Assembly (NCBI GenBank): GCA_964624905.1
Contig: CAZUYK010000009.1
Coordinates: 258-64,257 of the forward strand
Direction of reading: 5' to 3'
DNA: 64,000 bases
From: an uncultured Candidatus Peribacteria bacterium
Lineage (GTDB): Bacteria; Patescibacteriota; Gracilibacteria; Peribacterales; Peribacteraceae
Translations under genes and position numbers: made by a program
The notes under the pieces: model-generated
What the model was told of the DNA's origin: nothing
Seen by the model: only the letters and a program-made list of their open reading frames with translations
Database searches by the model: none
Shown here: positions 35,188-44,830 of the stretch, in pieces
Numbering within the stretch: position 1 is the first letter of the stretch
How the letters are laid out: every line of letters begins with the position of its first letter

Positions 35188-36171
35188 CTAGACGTCCGTC
35201 CGCGTCGTTTCCCGCCGGATAGTTTTGTTGAGGACGAATCCGATCACTGCGCGCAGGATGAGGAAAGGGTGCTGTAAGCAGAACTTTTTGAGTTCGCCGC
35301 TTCCCTCCGTGCTGATCTTCCGACCCTCCTTTTTGCCCTTCAAGTAGCGATCGATCATTTGTTCGAAGGTTTTCGCGAGCGCCTTTTTCATTCTCGGGCG
35401 ATCCTCCGCGGGCACGCGTTCCAGGAGGAGCTTGAAGGTGTCGAATCGTTCGAACATGCCTTTGCCCATCGACTCGTTCTGCGCGCTGGCACCCGCGGGA
35501 TGCACGCGGAACTTGCCCACCATATCCGGCAGGTCGTACCAGTCGGTGGCGAGCAGGCAGCGCGTCCAGTATTCGCTGTCCAAGTACTGGCGCATCGTGG
35601 GATGGAACGGACCCGCTTTCTCTGCCAGCTCCCGGCGCATCATCACGAAGCTCGGTTCCCCGATGATGTTCGGCCGCAGGCCTTTCTCCGCCCACCAATA
35701 GAGCAGTTCCTTTCCCTTGTGGAAGCCCGGCGCGACGTGCGTTTTCTTGAAATCCTCCACTTCCTTGTAGATGTGCGTGACGGGGGATTCGCCTTCCAAC
35801 AGGTAGGTATGGTTGCCAGACACGAACCCGACCGATGGGTGTTCGGCAAATGGCTTCAGGATCTTTTCCAAGTAGTCTTTCTCCCACAGGTCATCGTAGA
35901 ACAAGTACTGCACGAAGGGGGTATCGGCGTACTGCATGCACGCGTTCCAGTTCTGTCCGATGGTGCGCTCCTCCTGGTCCTGGATGAATGTGATGCGCGG
36001 GTCCTTTAGGTACACGGGGAGCATGCCGCGCACGTCGCGCTCGTCCTTCTGGTTTACAAGTACCGCCTTCCAATCCTTGAACGTTTGCGCAAGCAGGCAG
36101 TCCAACGCCGCGCGGACGTATTCCATCTTCGGCCTATAGAGCGGCATGAGGACGGTTACCTGCGGCGTCAT
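35188..36171 (-). CDS. GT2 family glycosyltransferase
   Basis: VTVLMPLYRP..YVRAALDCLLAQTF and a later YDDLW acidic motif. Confidence 0.8.
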   Translation of the reverse strand: MTPQVTVLMPLYRPKMEYVRAALDCLLAQTFKDWKAVLVNQKDERDVRGMLPVYLKDPRITFIQDQEERTIGQNWNACMQYADTPFVQYLFYDDLWEKDYLEKILKPFAEHPSVGFVSGNHTYLLEGESPVTHIYKEVEDFKKTHVAPGFHKGKELLYWWAEKGLRPNIIGEPSFVMMRRELAEKAGPFHPTMRQYLDSEYWTRCLLATDWYDLPDMVGKFRVHPAGASAQNESMGKGMFERFDTFKLLLERVPAEDRPRMKKALAKTFEQMIDRYLKGKKEGRKISTEGSGELKKFCLQHPFLILRAVIGFVLNKTIRRETTRTDV

Positions 36172-36968
36172 CGTGAGGAGGGGGAAAGGGGCGGCAAGGG
36201 CTTTCCAAGGTATTGCAGGAAATAGCGCAGGGAATCTTTGATATGCGCTCGGCCCGTCTTCTTTTTCAGCAAGGTCAGGAGCCCTCCGCGTGACAGCCGG
36301 GATTCATTGTGGGTCGCCTTCGCGTCGCGCAGCTGCCGTACCTTCATGCCCGCGTTCCACGACTCGCGGCACAGGATCACATCGGTCATGAAGAGGTAGT
36401 AGCGGGGATCGTGGCCGCCCGTTTTTTCCAGGCACGCACGCGTCATAACGAACATCGCTCCCACGAACCAATCGACGTCTTCGTGGTCCTTCTCGCCGAA
36501 TTCGATGCGTGCCTGCTTCCGTCCGTTGGGATTGGCGAGTCGTCGCAGTACCATTTCGAACGGGCGGGGGAACGGACGTGCGCTGTCCTGCTCGTGGCCG
36601 TCGGGATAGATCAGCCGCGGCGCCACGATGCCGACATCCGGGTTGTTCTCCAGGTGTTCGATAAGTTTCGCGATCGTGTCAGGCTCCACCGTGATATCCG
36701 CGTTTACGGTCGCGATGTACTTGCCCGTCGCATGCGCGTAGCCGATGTTGTTGCCACGCACGTAGCCGTCCTTTCCCAGGTCGAAAAATTTCACGTTCGG
36801 CAGGGTCGCGTAGGACTCCGGATCGATCGCGTCGTTCGCCAGGTGCTTGCCGTTGTTGATCACGAGGACCTCCGTCTCCGTTGGTAGCAACGCCTTCGAC
36901 AACGCCGCCAGGCACGCGGTGGCGTCCTTCGGTTTGTTCGTCTGCAAAATGACGATGGAGAGGAGCAT
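36168..36968 (-). CDS. GT2 family glycosyltransferase (rhamnosyltransferase-like)
   Basis: LSIVILQTNK, VINNG, NADITVEPD and GIVAPRLIYPDG. ORF ..37079 trimmed to the MLLSIV start. Confidence 0.8.
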   Translation of the reverse strand: MLLSIVILQTNKPKDATACLAALSKALLPTETEVLVINNGKHLANDAIDPESYATLPNVKFFDLGKDGYVRGNNIGYAHATGKYIATVNADITVEPDTIAKLIEHLENNPDVGIVAPRLIYPDGHEQDSARPFPRPFEMVLRRLANPNGRKQARIEFGEKDHEDVDWFVGAMFVMTRACLEKTGGHDPRYYLFMTDVILCRESWNAGMKVRQLRDAKATHNESRLSRGGLLTLLKKKTGRAHIKDSLRYFLQYLGKPLPPLSPSSR

Positions 36969-37000
36969 GGGTGCTTTCAGTGTAGCACAGCACGAAGGCT

Positions 37001-37894
37001 TTATTTCGCTTCCATTCGGCCTTTCCACCACTCGATCGTTTTCTCCAATCCGCGCTCCACGCCGGTCTGTTCCGTCCACCGGAGCTCTTCTTTCAGGCGA
37101 TCCGTTTTGGCTTCGATGCGTGGCGGATCATTGGGCGGCGCTTCCTTCGCCCCGAACTGCAGGAGCTGCGTGCGATCGAGCTTGGCAGCCGCCATCGTCA
37201 CGAGATCGGCGATGGACATGGGTTTGCCGGAGGCGATGTTCACAGGGCCTTCCACGTCGCTTTCCAGGAGTGCCACGAATGCCGAAGCCACGTCTTCCAC
37301 GTAGAGGAAATCCCGGATCTGCCGGCCGTGCGTCAGCTTCACTTCTTCTCCCAATACCAGCGATCGGATGACGGACGCGATCAGTTTCTTTTCCGGCTCA
37401 TGCGGGCCGAACAGATAGAAAACGCGCCCCCAGGCGGATGACACGTCGAGTGCGCCGAGGATAGTTCCGCACTCGGCTTTCTTCCTGCCGTACAACGTCG
37501 TCGCATCCAATGGCGTTGCCCATTCATCGCATGCACCGCGGTTCCAATCGTACTCGAAACAGGACCCTGACCCGACGATGCGCGTCACTCCGGCCTTGAT
37601 GCACTCCTCGAACAGATGGACCGATGCCTTCAGCCATTCCTCGTTCTCCGGCGATTCCGCGTACACGCCGGGCGTGGCGATCCATGCGAAATGCAGCAGG
37701 TGGGTCGGTTGTACCTCTTCGACGATGCGTGTGACGTCGCCCGCGTCCAACATGTCGCCTGCATGGGCGGTTGTTCCTTCGATTTCGAGCGGATGACGCG
37801 AGAACGTGTGCACTTCGTATCCTTTCGCGAGCAGCAATGCCGGCGCATGGCGACCGATGAAACCTGACGCACCCGTCACAAGCACCCTCTTCAT
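37001..37894 (-). CDS. NAD(P)-dependent SDR epimerase/reductase (probable 4-ketoreductase of the CDP-sugar pathway)
   Basis: MKRVLVTGASGFIG Rossmann start and YGRKK (YxxxK). An alternative ATG at 37957 would overlap the upstream gene by 4 nt. Confidence 0.8.
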   Translation of the reverse strand: MKRVLVTGASGFIGRHAPALLLAKGYEVHTFSRHPLEIEGTTAHAGDMLDAGDVTRIVEEVQPTHLLHFAWIATPGVYAESPENEEWLKASVHLFEECIKAGVTRIVGSGSCFEYDWNRGACDEWATPLDATTLYGRKKAECGTILGALDVSSAWGRVFYLFGPHEPEKKLIASVIRSLVLGEEVKLTHGRQIRDFLYVEDVASAFVALLESDVEGPVNIASGKPMSIADLVTMAAAKLDRTQLLQFGAKEAPPNDPPRIEAKTDRLKEELRWTEQTGVERGLEKTIEWWKGRMEAK

Positions 37895-37953
37895 CCGACT
37901 TTGCTCCTCCGGAGCTTCGCCGGATTTCACAGCTTGTTTTGCTGCAATGGAGC

Positions 37954-38481
37954 TCATGCGAGTAGGGGGAGAGCCGCGTCTTTCTCCGAAATATCGGTCA
38001 TCGCAAGGGGCCACTCGACGCCGATCGCGGGATCATCGAATTTCACGCCGCCCTCGGATTCCTTGTTATAAGCTGCGGAAACCAAGTAGAACACCTCGCT
38101 ATCGTCCTCAAGCGTCTGGAATCCGTGCGCGCATCCTTCGGGGATGTAGAGCATCGTGTGGTTGTCCGCCGTAAGCTCGATGCCGAACCACTTCCGGTAG
38201 GTGGGGGAGTGGGGACGCAGGTCGACGCAGACATCGAATACCTTGCCGCGCGTGCAACGGACGGTTTTTACTTCGGCGTGCGGGGCGTTTTGGTAGTGGA
38301 GACCGCGGACCGACCCCTTCTTCTTCGTGAGGGATGCGTTGCACTGGTTCACGGTGGGGTTCAGCCCGTGTTTTTCCCACGTTTCCTTGCAGAACATGCG
38401 TGCGAAGAAGCCGCGGTGGTCTTCCCGGGGTTCGGGTTTGATGACGAAGGCGCCGCTGACGGCAGTGGGTTCGATGATCAT
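37954..38481 (-). CDS. RmlC-like cupin sugar nucleotide 3,5-epimerase
   Basis: EDHRGFFARMF, VRGLHYQ..PHAEVKTVRCTRGKVFDVCVDLR and GFQTLED, the dTDP-4-dehydrorhamnose 3,5-epimerase family pattern. Confidence 0.85.
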   Translation of the reverse strand: MIIEPTAVSGAFVIKPEPREDHRGFFARMFCKETWEKHGLNPTVNQCNASLTKKKGSVRGLHYQNAPHAEVKTVRCTRGKVFDVCVDLRPHSPTYRKWFGIELTADNHTMLYIPEGCAHGFQTLEDDSEVFYLVSAAYNKESEGGVKFDDPAIGVEWPLAMTDISEKDAALPLLA

Positions 38482-38482
38482 C

Positions 38483-39484
38483 TCAGGCGAGGGCGTTTCT
38501 GTACCATTCGATCGTTCTCTTTAGGCCGTCCTCCAGGCTGTACTGCGGCGTCCAGCCGAGGATCTCGCGCGCTTTTTTGGAGCTGAGGCGTTGCTCCAGG
38601 ATCTCGTTCTTCGCTTCGTTCAGGATGACCGGCTTTAGATCGCTTCCCATCATGGAGAGGATCTTTCCCGTGATTTCCAGCACCGTCATCGGTTCGTCGG
38701 TGGAGAAATTGAAGGCGTGGCCTTTGAGTCCGGGGTTCTTCGCCATCGCTTCGGCCAGCGTGAGGTATGCAAGGGCGCCGTCGCGGACGTAGAAGTAGTC
38801 GCGGATCATCGTGCCGTCGCTGCGGATGTGCGGGGCTTCGCCGCGGATGACGGAGCGGACGGTGCCGGGGACGATGCGGTTCCAGTTGAGGTCTCCCTCG
38901 CCGTAGAAATTGCCGCAGCGCGAGATGGTGACGTTGAGTCCGAACGTGACGGCGTAGCTTTGCGCAAGCATATCGGTGCAGGCCTTGCTGACGTCATACG
39001 GGTTCTTCGCGAGCAGCGGCATTTCCTCGGTATACGGGAGAACCGGTTGGTCTCCATATGCCTTATCGGATGATGCGACCACCACTTGCTCCACGAGCGG
39101 GGAGCGGCGGCATGCCTCCAGCAAACACCAGCTTCCCTTCAGGTTCGATTCGAACGTCGACACGGGATTGCGGTTCGATACCCCCACGATCGCCTGGGCC
39201 CCCAGGTGGATTACGGTCTTCACTTCGTACTCCCCGAGGATCCTTTCCATCAGTGCCTGGTCCTCCAGGACGCCGTCCACGCGGATGACCTTTTCCATGT
39301 TCCCGCTCGTGATCAGCAAAGAATCCGGTACGTGGTCGCGCACCAAACACACGACGCGTGCGCCGAGCTTCAAAAGTTCATCCACCACGGAGCTGCCGAC
39401 GAGGCCGGCGCCGCCCGTGACGAAGACGCTTCGGTCGCGCCAGAATGCGGGGGACAGGGGGGTCATGAGAACCCGATTATACAC
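38483..39484 (-). CDS. rfbG: CDP-glucose 4,6-dehydratase-like SDR
   Basis: [19 protein letters not shown] start typical of RfbG, and YDVSK (YxxxK). It sits directly after the cytidylyltransferase gene. An alternative start lies at 39466. Confidence 0.8.
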   Translation of the reverse strand: MYNRVLMTPLSPAFWRDRSVFVTGGAGLVGSSVVDELLKLGARVVCLVRDHVPDSLLITSGNMEKVIRVDGVLEDQALMERILGEYEVKTVIHLGAQAIVGVSNRNPVSTFESNLKGSWCLLEACRRSPLVEQVVVASSDKAYGDQPVLPYTEEMPLLAKNPYDVSKACTDMLAQSYAVTFGLNVTISRCGNFYGEGDLNWNRIVPGTVRSVIRGEAPHIRSDGTMIRDYFYVRDGALAYLTLAEAMAKNPGLKGHAFNFSTDEPMTVLEITGKILSMMGSDLKPVILNEAKNEILEQRLSSKKAREILGWTPQYSLEDGLKRTIEWYRNALA

Positions 39485-40346
39485 GAGCCTTTTCCGGCGT
39501 GTGCATCACATTTTCCAATGCCTTTTCCTTGGCTTCCTCGGCCAATCGGACGCGAATGGTATCTGGGTTGAGCCAGTGCGCCCACGGAGCCTCGCCTTTG
39601 TTCCAAAGCTCGTTTAGGTGGAGCGATTCGCGGTAGGTGTCCATGGCATAGAAGAAGCCCTCGTGATTGAAAGCCATCAGCTGCCCGTCGAGGGCAAGGT
39701 TCTGCAGCGGCTCCTTTTCCAGAACGCAATTCGGGTCGGCGCTGACGTAGTCGAAGACGCGCTTGTCGAAGACGAAGTACCCGCTGTTGATGCGACCCTC
39801 GATATCCGGCTTTTCCGCGAAGTGTTCCACGACCTGCTGGTCGTTGATCTTCAGGAGGCCGAAGCGCGAGATGGTCTTCACCGCCGTCACAGTCGCGATT
39901 TTTCCGTGGCTCTTATGGAACGCGACGAGTGCGTCGATATCCACGTCGCTCAATCCGTCGCCGTACGTAACCATGAAAATGTCGTCTTTCAGGTGGCGCC
40001 GGACGCCGAACAAGCGGGCTCCCGTCATCGTGCTCTCTCCCGTGTCCGCCAGCGTTACCTTCCAGTCATCCTCGTCCGTCCTATCGTGATAGGCGATGCC
40101 GGTGTGGTCCCCGAGCTTCACGGTGAAGTCGTTGTTCATGGCACGGTAATTCAAGAAGTACTCCTTGATCATGTTTCCCTTGTAGCCCAGGCAGAGCACG
40201 AAGTCGGTATGCCCGAAGTGGGCGTACGTTTTCATGATGTGCCAGAGCACGGGCTTGCTGCCGATGGTGACCATGGGCTTGGGACGGAATTCCGTCTCCT
40301 CGCGCATACGCGTTCCCTGGCCGCCGCAGAACAGGACTACTTGCAT
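39477..40346 (-). CDS. rfbF: glucose-1-phosphate cytidylyltransferase
   Basis: [46 protein letters not shown] is the RfbF signature. It has a C-terminal extension of about 35 aa. Confidence 0.85.
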   Translation of the reverse strand: MQVVLFCGGQGTRMREETEFRPKPMVTIGSKPVLWHIMKTYAHFGHTDFVLCLGYKGNMIKEYFLNYRAMNNDFTVKLGDHTGIAYHDRTDEDDWKVTLADTGESTMTGARLFGVRRHLKDDIFMVTYGDGLSDVDIDALVAFHKSHGKIATVTAVKTISRFGLLKINDQQVVEHFAEKPDIEGRINSGYFVFDKRVFDYVSADPNCVLEKEPLQNLALDGQLMAFNHEGFFYAMDTYRESLHLNELWNKGEAPWAHWLNPDTIRVRLAEEAKEKALENVMHTPEKARV

Positions 40347-40468
40347 TTCGAGGGCATTGTAGGCTCGCTTCACATGGCTTGTAAATGCCTAATGCGTGCC
40401 GTTCTTCCTATTCCCTCGCGCCGGCTCTCTCCCTGGGGGAGAGGGGGGATCTACGCTACACTGTCCCC

Positions 40469-41548
40469 ATGAAGGTGACCCTCGCCACCGGCATCTATCC
40501 TCCGGATATCGGAGGTCCCGCGACGTACGTGCGGGAGCTGGCGCACGCCCTGCAAAAAATGCAGGTCCAGGTGCAGGTCATCACCTATGGAAAGGGGAAG
40601 TCCGGGGACGATCTGTTTCCGGTCATTCGCGTACCCAAGGGCGTCCTCCCCATCGTCCGTTGGTTCCGATTCGCCCGTGCCTTGCGCAAGCACGCCGGTG
40701 ACAGCGACATCATCTACGCCTTTTCCTCCGTGAGCGTGGGAATGCCTCTGTGGATCTCGCACCTGAAGCAGCCGAAGAAAATCCTACGCCTCGGCGGCGA
40801 CTTCCGTTGGGAGCGCTATACCGACAAGGGCGGGGCTTTGGGCCTGAAGGAATGGTATGAGAAAGAGGAGCGGTTCCACGGCGCCATGAACGGCCTCCTG
40901 AAGACCTTCGATCACATCGTCTTCTCCACCGAGTTCCAGCAAGCGATCTACGAGAAAGTCTACCGCGCGCTTCCGCTGCACCAGGTCATCGAGAACGCGT
41001 TGCCGGGAGGCATGCCCACGCATCATACGAAGCACGCGCCTTTCAAGTTGCTCTTCCTGGGGCGCTTCGTTCCGTTCAAGAACATCGGGTCCCTCCTGTG
41101 CGCGGTCAAAAACCTTTCCGATGTCACGCTCACCCTCGTGGGCGACGGCCCCCTTCTTCCCGCCATCCGCAAGGCGGTTCGCAAAATGCAGATCGGCGAC
41201 CGCGTCGAAGTTCTTCCTCCTCAACGGGGCGATGCGAAGAAAGCGGCCTTCCGCGGACACGATCTCATGGTGCTTCCGTCGTATACCGATATCAGCCCCA
41301 ATGCCGCATTGGAGGCCCGCTGCGAAGGATTGCCCGTGCTGCTGACCAGTGAAAACGGCTTGAGCCGCCAGCTGTCCGAGGGCATGCTCGTCCGCCGTTT
41401 GCAAACTCCCCGCGATATCCAATCGGCATTGGAAGAAGCGATGCGGGATTACGAAAAAATCGCGGAACGGTGCGCGCAGCCCCTCCCCGAACGCAACTGG
41501 GATACGCTCGCGCGCGAACACCTCACACTTTTCCAGGGAATCCTATGA
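40469..41548 (+). CDS. GT4 family glycosyltransferase
   Basis: MKVTLATGIYPPDIGGPATY start and PSYTDISPNAALEARCEGLPVLLT. Confidence 0.8.
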   Translation: MKVTLATGIYPPDIGGPATYVRELAHALQKMQVQVQVITYGKGKSGDDLFPVIRVPKGVLPIVRWFRFARALRKHAGDSDIIYAFSSVSVGMPLWISHLKQPKKILRLGGDFRWERYTDKGGALGLKEWYEKEERFHGAMNGLLKTFDHIVFSTEFQQAIYEKVYRALPLHQVIENALPGGMPTHHTKHAPFKLLFLGRFVPFKNIGSLLCAVKNLSDVTLTLVGDGPLLPAIRKAVRKMQIGDRVEVLPPQRGDAKKAAFRGHDLMVLPSYTDISPNAALEARCEGLPVLLTSENGLSRQLSEGMLVRRLQTPRDIQSALEEAMRDYEKIAERCAQPLPERNWDTLAREHLTLFQGIL

Positions 41549-42651
41549 ACCTGCTCATGATCTCCGGCGATCGGTCGCTCCTCGAGGGAAAGAGGGGCGC
41601 CTTCTACTACACGCTCGAGGCCTTTTCCAAGGAGTGGGACCGCATCGACATCATCACTCCCCACGTAAAGGACGCGCCCGAAGCCATGACGCTCTTCGGC
41701 AACGTATATTTGCACCCCAATCCGAAGGGTCTTCTTTCGCAGCCGTCGTGGATCAAAAGGAAAGGCATGCAACTCCACCTGCACTTCCGCCACCAGGTGA
41801 TGACCGTGCACGAGTACCCGCCGTTCTACAACGGCATCGGCGCCCGCATGCTCGCCAGGAAGATCAGGATCCCGTGGGTATTGGAGATCCACCACCTCAT
41901 CGGATACCCGAAGCCCGCTTCCTTCTCGGAACGCGTCGGCAGGGTGCTTTCCCGCATCTACCTGCCGGGAGAAATCCGCATGGCGTCCGCCGTACGCACC
42001 GTTAGCAAGAGCACGGCCCAGCGTTTGCTCGATTGGAAGTCCCCGAAATCGAAGATCTTCGTCGTGCCGTCCTTCTACCTGGACCGCGAACTATTCGAGA
42101 GCCTGCCTGATACGCACCAGCTGTACGACATCGCGTTCTGCGCCAGGATCGTCTCCAACAAGGGCCTCCCCAACCTGCTGAAGGCCGTGGCGAAACTGCC
42201 CGGAGTGCGCCTGCTTGTCATAGGGGACGGTCCCGACCGCGCCTCGTGCGAGAAGCTCGCGCGCGATCTGCGCATCGCCCAAAGAGTAGAATTCCGCGGA
42301 TGGATGCCCACCCAGGAGGAAGTGATCCGCAAGATCCGCAGCGCCAAGGTATTCGTCATGAACTCCCTGAGCGAGGGCGGGCCAAGGAGCGCCTTGGAGG
42401 CGATGGCCGCGGGCATGCCGGTGGTGGTGACCCAGGTGGGCGTGATGCCCGACGTCATCGACGAGGGCAAGAACGGGTACTTCACGACGGGGGAGCCCGA
42501 TGACCTGGCCGAGAAGATTTCCCTACTCCTGCGCGATCCTGCGTTGCGCGATGCTGTGGGCCGCAACGCCGCCATGATCGTGGACCGATTCGAACGCAGG
42601 CAGCTCATCGCGCAGTACGCACGCTTCCTCAAGACCACCGCCGTTTCATGA
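41545..42651 (+). CDS. GT4 family glycosyltransferase
   Basis: NSLSEGGPRSALEAMAAGMPVVVTQVG. ATGA overlap with the previous gene. Confidence 0.85.
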   Translation: MNLLMISGDRSLLEGKRGAFYYTLEAFSKEWDRIDIITPHVKDAPEAMTLFGNVYLHPNPKGLLSQPSWIKRKGMQLHLHFRHQVMTVHEYPPFYNGIGARMLARKIRIPWVLEIHHLIGYPKPASFSERVGRVLSRIYLPGEIRMASAVRTVSKSTAQRLLDWKSPKSKIFVVPSFYLDRELFESLPDTHQLYDIAFCARIVSNKGLPNLLKAVAKLPGVRLLVIGDGPDRASCEKLARDLRIAQRVEFRGWMPTQEEVIRKIRSAKVFVMNSLSEGGPRSALEAMAAGMPVVVTQVGVMPDVIDEGKNGYFTTGEPDDLAEKISLLLRDPALRDAVGRNAAMIVDRFERRQLIAQYARFLKTTAVS

Positions 42652-43667
42652 AGCTCCTGATCGTCACCCAGAAGGCGGACAAGGCGGACACGGTCCTCGG
42701 GTTCGCCCACTCCTGGTTGCGGGAGTTCTCCGGACATGTCGACCATCTCCATGTCGTCGCCCAGTATGTCGGCGAGCACTCCCTGCCCGAAAACGTTACC
42801 GTCCATTCCCTCGGGAAAGAAAAGGGGAGGGGGCCGGTGTCCCAGATCCTTCGTTTCTTATCGCTCATCTGGTCTCTCAGAAACGAGTATGACGCGGTGT
42901 TCGTCCATATGAACCCCGTTTGGATGGTGATCGGCGGACCGATGTGGCTAGCGCTCGGGAAGCCCCGGTTCCTGTGGTACGAGTCGCGCGGCGTCACCTG
43001 GAAGCTGAAGCTGGCCGTGAAGTACGCGAAGAAGGTATTCAGCGCATCGCGGTTCGGCATGCCTCTTCCCATCGGCAACAGCGTCGTCACGGGACACGGT
43101 ATCGATACGTCACTCTTCACTCCCGAAGGTCCCGAGACGCGCGATCCCTATCGTCTGCTGAGCGTCGGTCGCATCACGAAGGTGAAACGCTTCGCGCACG
43201 TCATCGATATCCTTTCCCATCTGAAGCGCGAGTACCGCCTGACGATTGTTGGGCAGGTGGTGACCCCAGAGGACGACACGACGCTCGCCGAGCTGCGCAT
43301 GCAGATCCGCGATGCGGGACTCTTGGAAAACGTCGAGTTCGAGCATCGGCAAATCACCGAAATGCCTGTGATAAACCGCCAATCGCAGCTCTTTATCCAT
43401 GCCGCTTCCACGGCCGGCGTCGACAAGGCCGTGCTGGAAGCGATGGCCTGCGGATGCATTCCGGTCTCTTCCTCGCCCGCCTTCCAGGGTATCCTTCCGT
43501 CGCAGTTGTGCGTCGCGGAGGACACGCTCGAGGCCGCGGTACGCGATGTCCTCGGTTTGCCAGCAGAGGAGCAGGAGGCCTTGCGGCAACAGTTGGTGAG
43601 CGAAGTCCGTAATCATCACTCGCTCCCGTCCCTTATCACGCGCCTCGTTTCCGACATATCTGCATGA
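42648..43667 (+). CDS. GT4 family glycosyltransferase
   Basis: ASTAGVDKAVLEAMACGCIPVSS. ATGA overlap with the previous gene. Confidence 0.8.
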   Translation: MKLLIVTQKADKADTVLGFAHSWLREFSGHVDHLHVVAQYVGEHSLPENVTVHSLGKEKGRGPVSQILRFLSLIWSLRNEYDAVFVHMNPVWMVIGGPMWLALGKPRFLWYESRGVTWKLKLAVKYAKKVFSASRFGMPLPIGNSVVTGHGIDTSLFTPEGPETRDPYRLLSVGRITKVKRFAHVIDILSHLKREYRLTIVGQVVTPEDDTTLAELRMQIRDAGLLENVEFEHRQITEMPVINRQSQLFIHAASTAGVDKAVLEAMACGCIPVSSSPAFQGILPSQLCVAEDTLEAAVRDVLGLPAEEQEALRQQLVSEVRNHHSLPSLITRLVSDISA

Positions 43668-44830
43668 AGATTTTGTATTGCACCAACCTCCGGCTCCCCA
43701 CCGAACGGGTCCATGGCAGGCAGGTCGCGGAAGTGTGTCGTGCGTTGCACGTGCTCGGCCATCAGGTCGGCATCGTGTCCCCGTACCGGAAGGAGAGCGA
43801 GGGGCTCGCGATGCATGCGTACTACGAATTGCCGGAAGACATCGCGCATACGCGCCTCGGAAAGAGCGATCCCTTGTCTTGGAAATGGCTCCCTGAGTTT
43901 TTTGGCTTCGTACTGCTGAATATCCGCTTCCGTTCCGCGCTTCGTTCATACCTCAAGAAGACAAAAGCGGATGTGTTGTACACTCGTTCACCCGTTTTGC
44001 TGCCTGCATTGCTCGCATCCGGAATGCCCGTATTGCTCGAATTGCACTCGATTCCCGCCAGTCCGAATTTCGTCAGTCTCGCGGCCAGGTGTACGCTCGT
44101 CGTCGCCCTTACGACCCCCATGCGAGCACAGCTGATTCGCATGGGTTTGGACGCTTCCAAGGTAATCGTCGAAGGAGATGCCGTGAACAGGACCGTTTTC
44201 AGTTCGCTCGGGGAGAAAAACGAGGCGCGGAACATATTCGGCCTGTCACAGGATGCATTCGTTGCGGGGTACGCGGGACAGTTGGAATCGATGGGACTCT
44301 CGAAGGGGATTCCGGAGTTGCTCGGTGCGATCGAACAGGCGCCCGAGGTCACGGGCCTGATCGCCGGCGGTCCGAACGAATCCAAAAAGAAGTTCGAAGG
44401 CTCCCTGGAGCCCGATGTTCGCTCCCGCGTCATCTTTACCGGAATCCTCACGCAGGATCGCGTACGCGATCTCTACGCCGCGTCCGACGTGCTCGTCTAC
44501 CCGGCCCCGAAGTCCGATCATCCGTTCTACATGCGCGACACGTCGCCGATGAAGATTTTCGAGTACATGGCGACGGGTGTCCCGCTGGTCAGCGCGGATC
44601 TGCCCCCGGTGCGCGATATTCTGGATTCCTCCGTCGCCCTGCTCGTGCCCCCGGGCGATTCAAGCGCTTTGGCGGGCGCCATAGAGGAAATCAGGAAGAA
44701 TCCCGAAGATGCCAAAAAGCGCGCCGAAGCGGCCCGCCAGCGAGTCCTTTCGCATACCTGGGACATGCGCATGATGCGCGTCATGGATGCCTTTCACGAA
44801 CGGACGGCCTCTGCGAAGAGTGATAGGTAA
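43664..44830 (+). CDS. GT4 family glycosyltransferase
   Basis: SPMKIFEYMATGVPLVSADLPP. ATGA overlap with the previous gene. Confidence 0.8.
   Translation: MKILYCTNLRLPTERVHGRQVAEVCRALHVLGHQVGIVSPYRKESEGLAMHAYYELPEDIAHTRLGKSDPLSWKWLPEFFGFVLLNIRFRSALRSYLKKTKADVLYTRSPVLLPALLASGMPVLLELHSIPASPNFVSLAARCTLVVALTTPMRAQLIRMGLDASKVIVEGDAVNRTVFSSLGEKNEARNIFGLSQDAFVAGYAGQLESMGLSKGIPELLGAIEQAPEVTGLIAGGPNESKKKFEGSLEPDVRSRVIFTGILTQDRVRDLYAASDVLVYPAPKSDHPFYMRDTSPMKIFEYMATGVPLVSADLPPVRDILDSSVALLVPPGDSSALAGAIEEIRKNPEDAKKRAEAARQRVLSHTWDMRMMRVMDAFHERTASAKSDR

Noticed and set aside
40427-40443. A short hairpin CTCTCCC-TGG-GGGAGAG in the 5' region of the GT4 gene at 40469.
   Set aside because: It has only 7 bp with a 3-nt loop, and no associated motif or conservation can be assessed. 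That is too weak to call a regulatory element.
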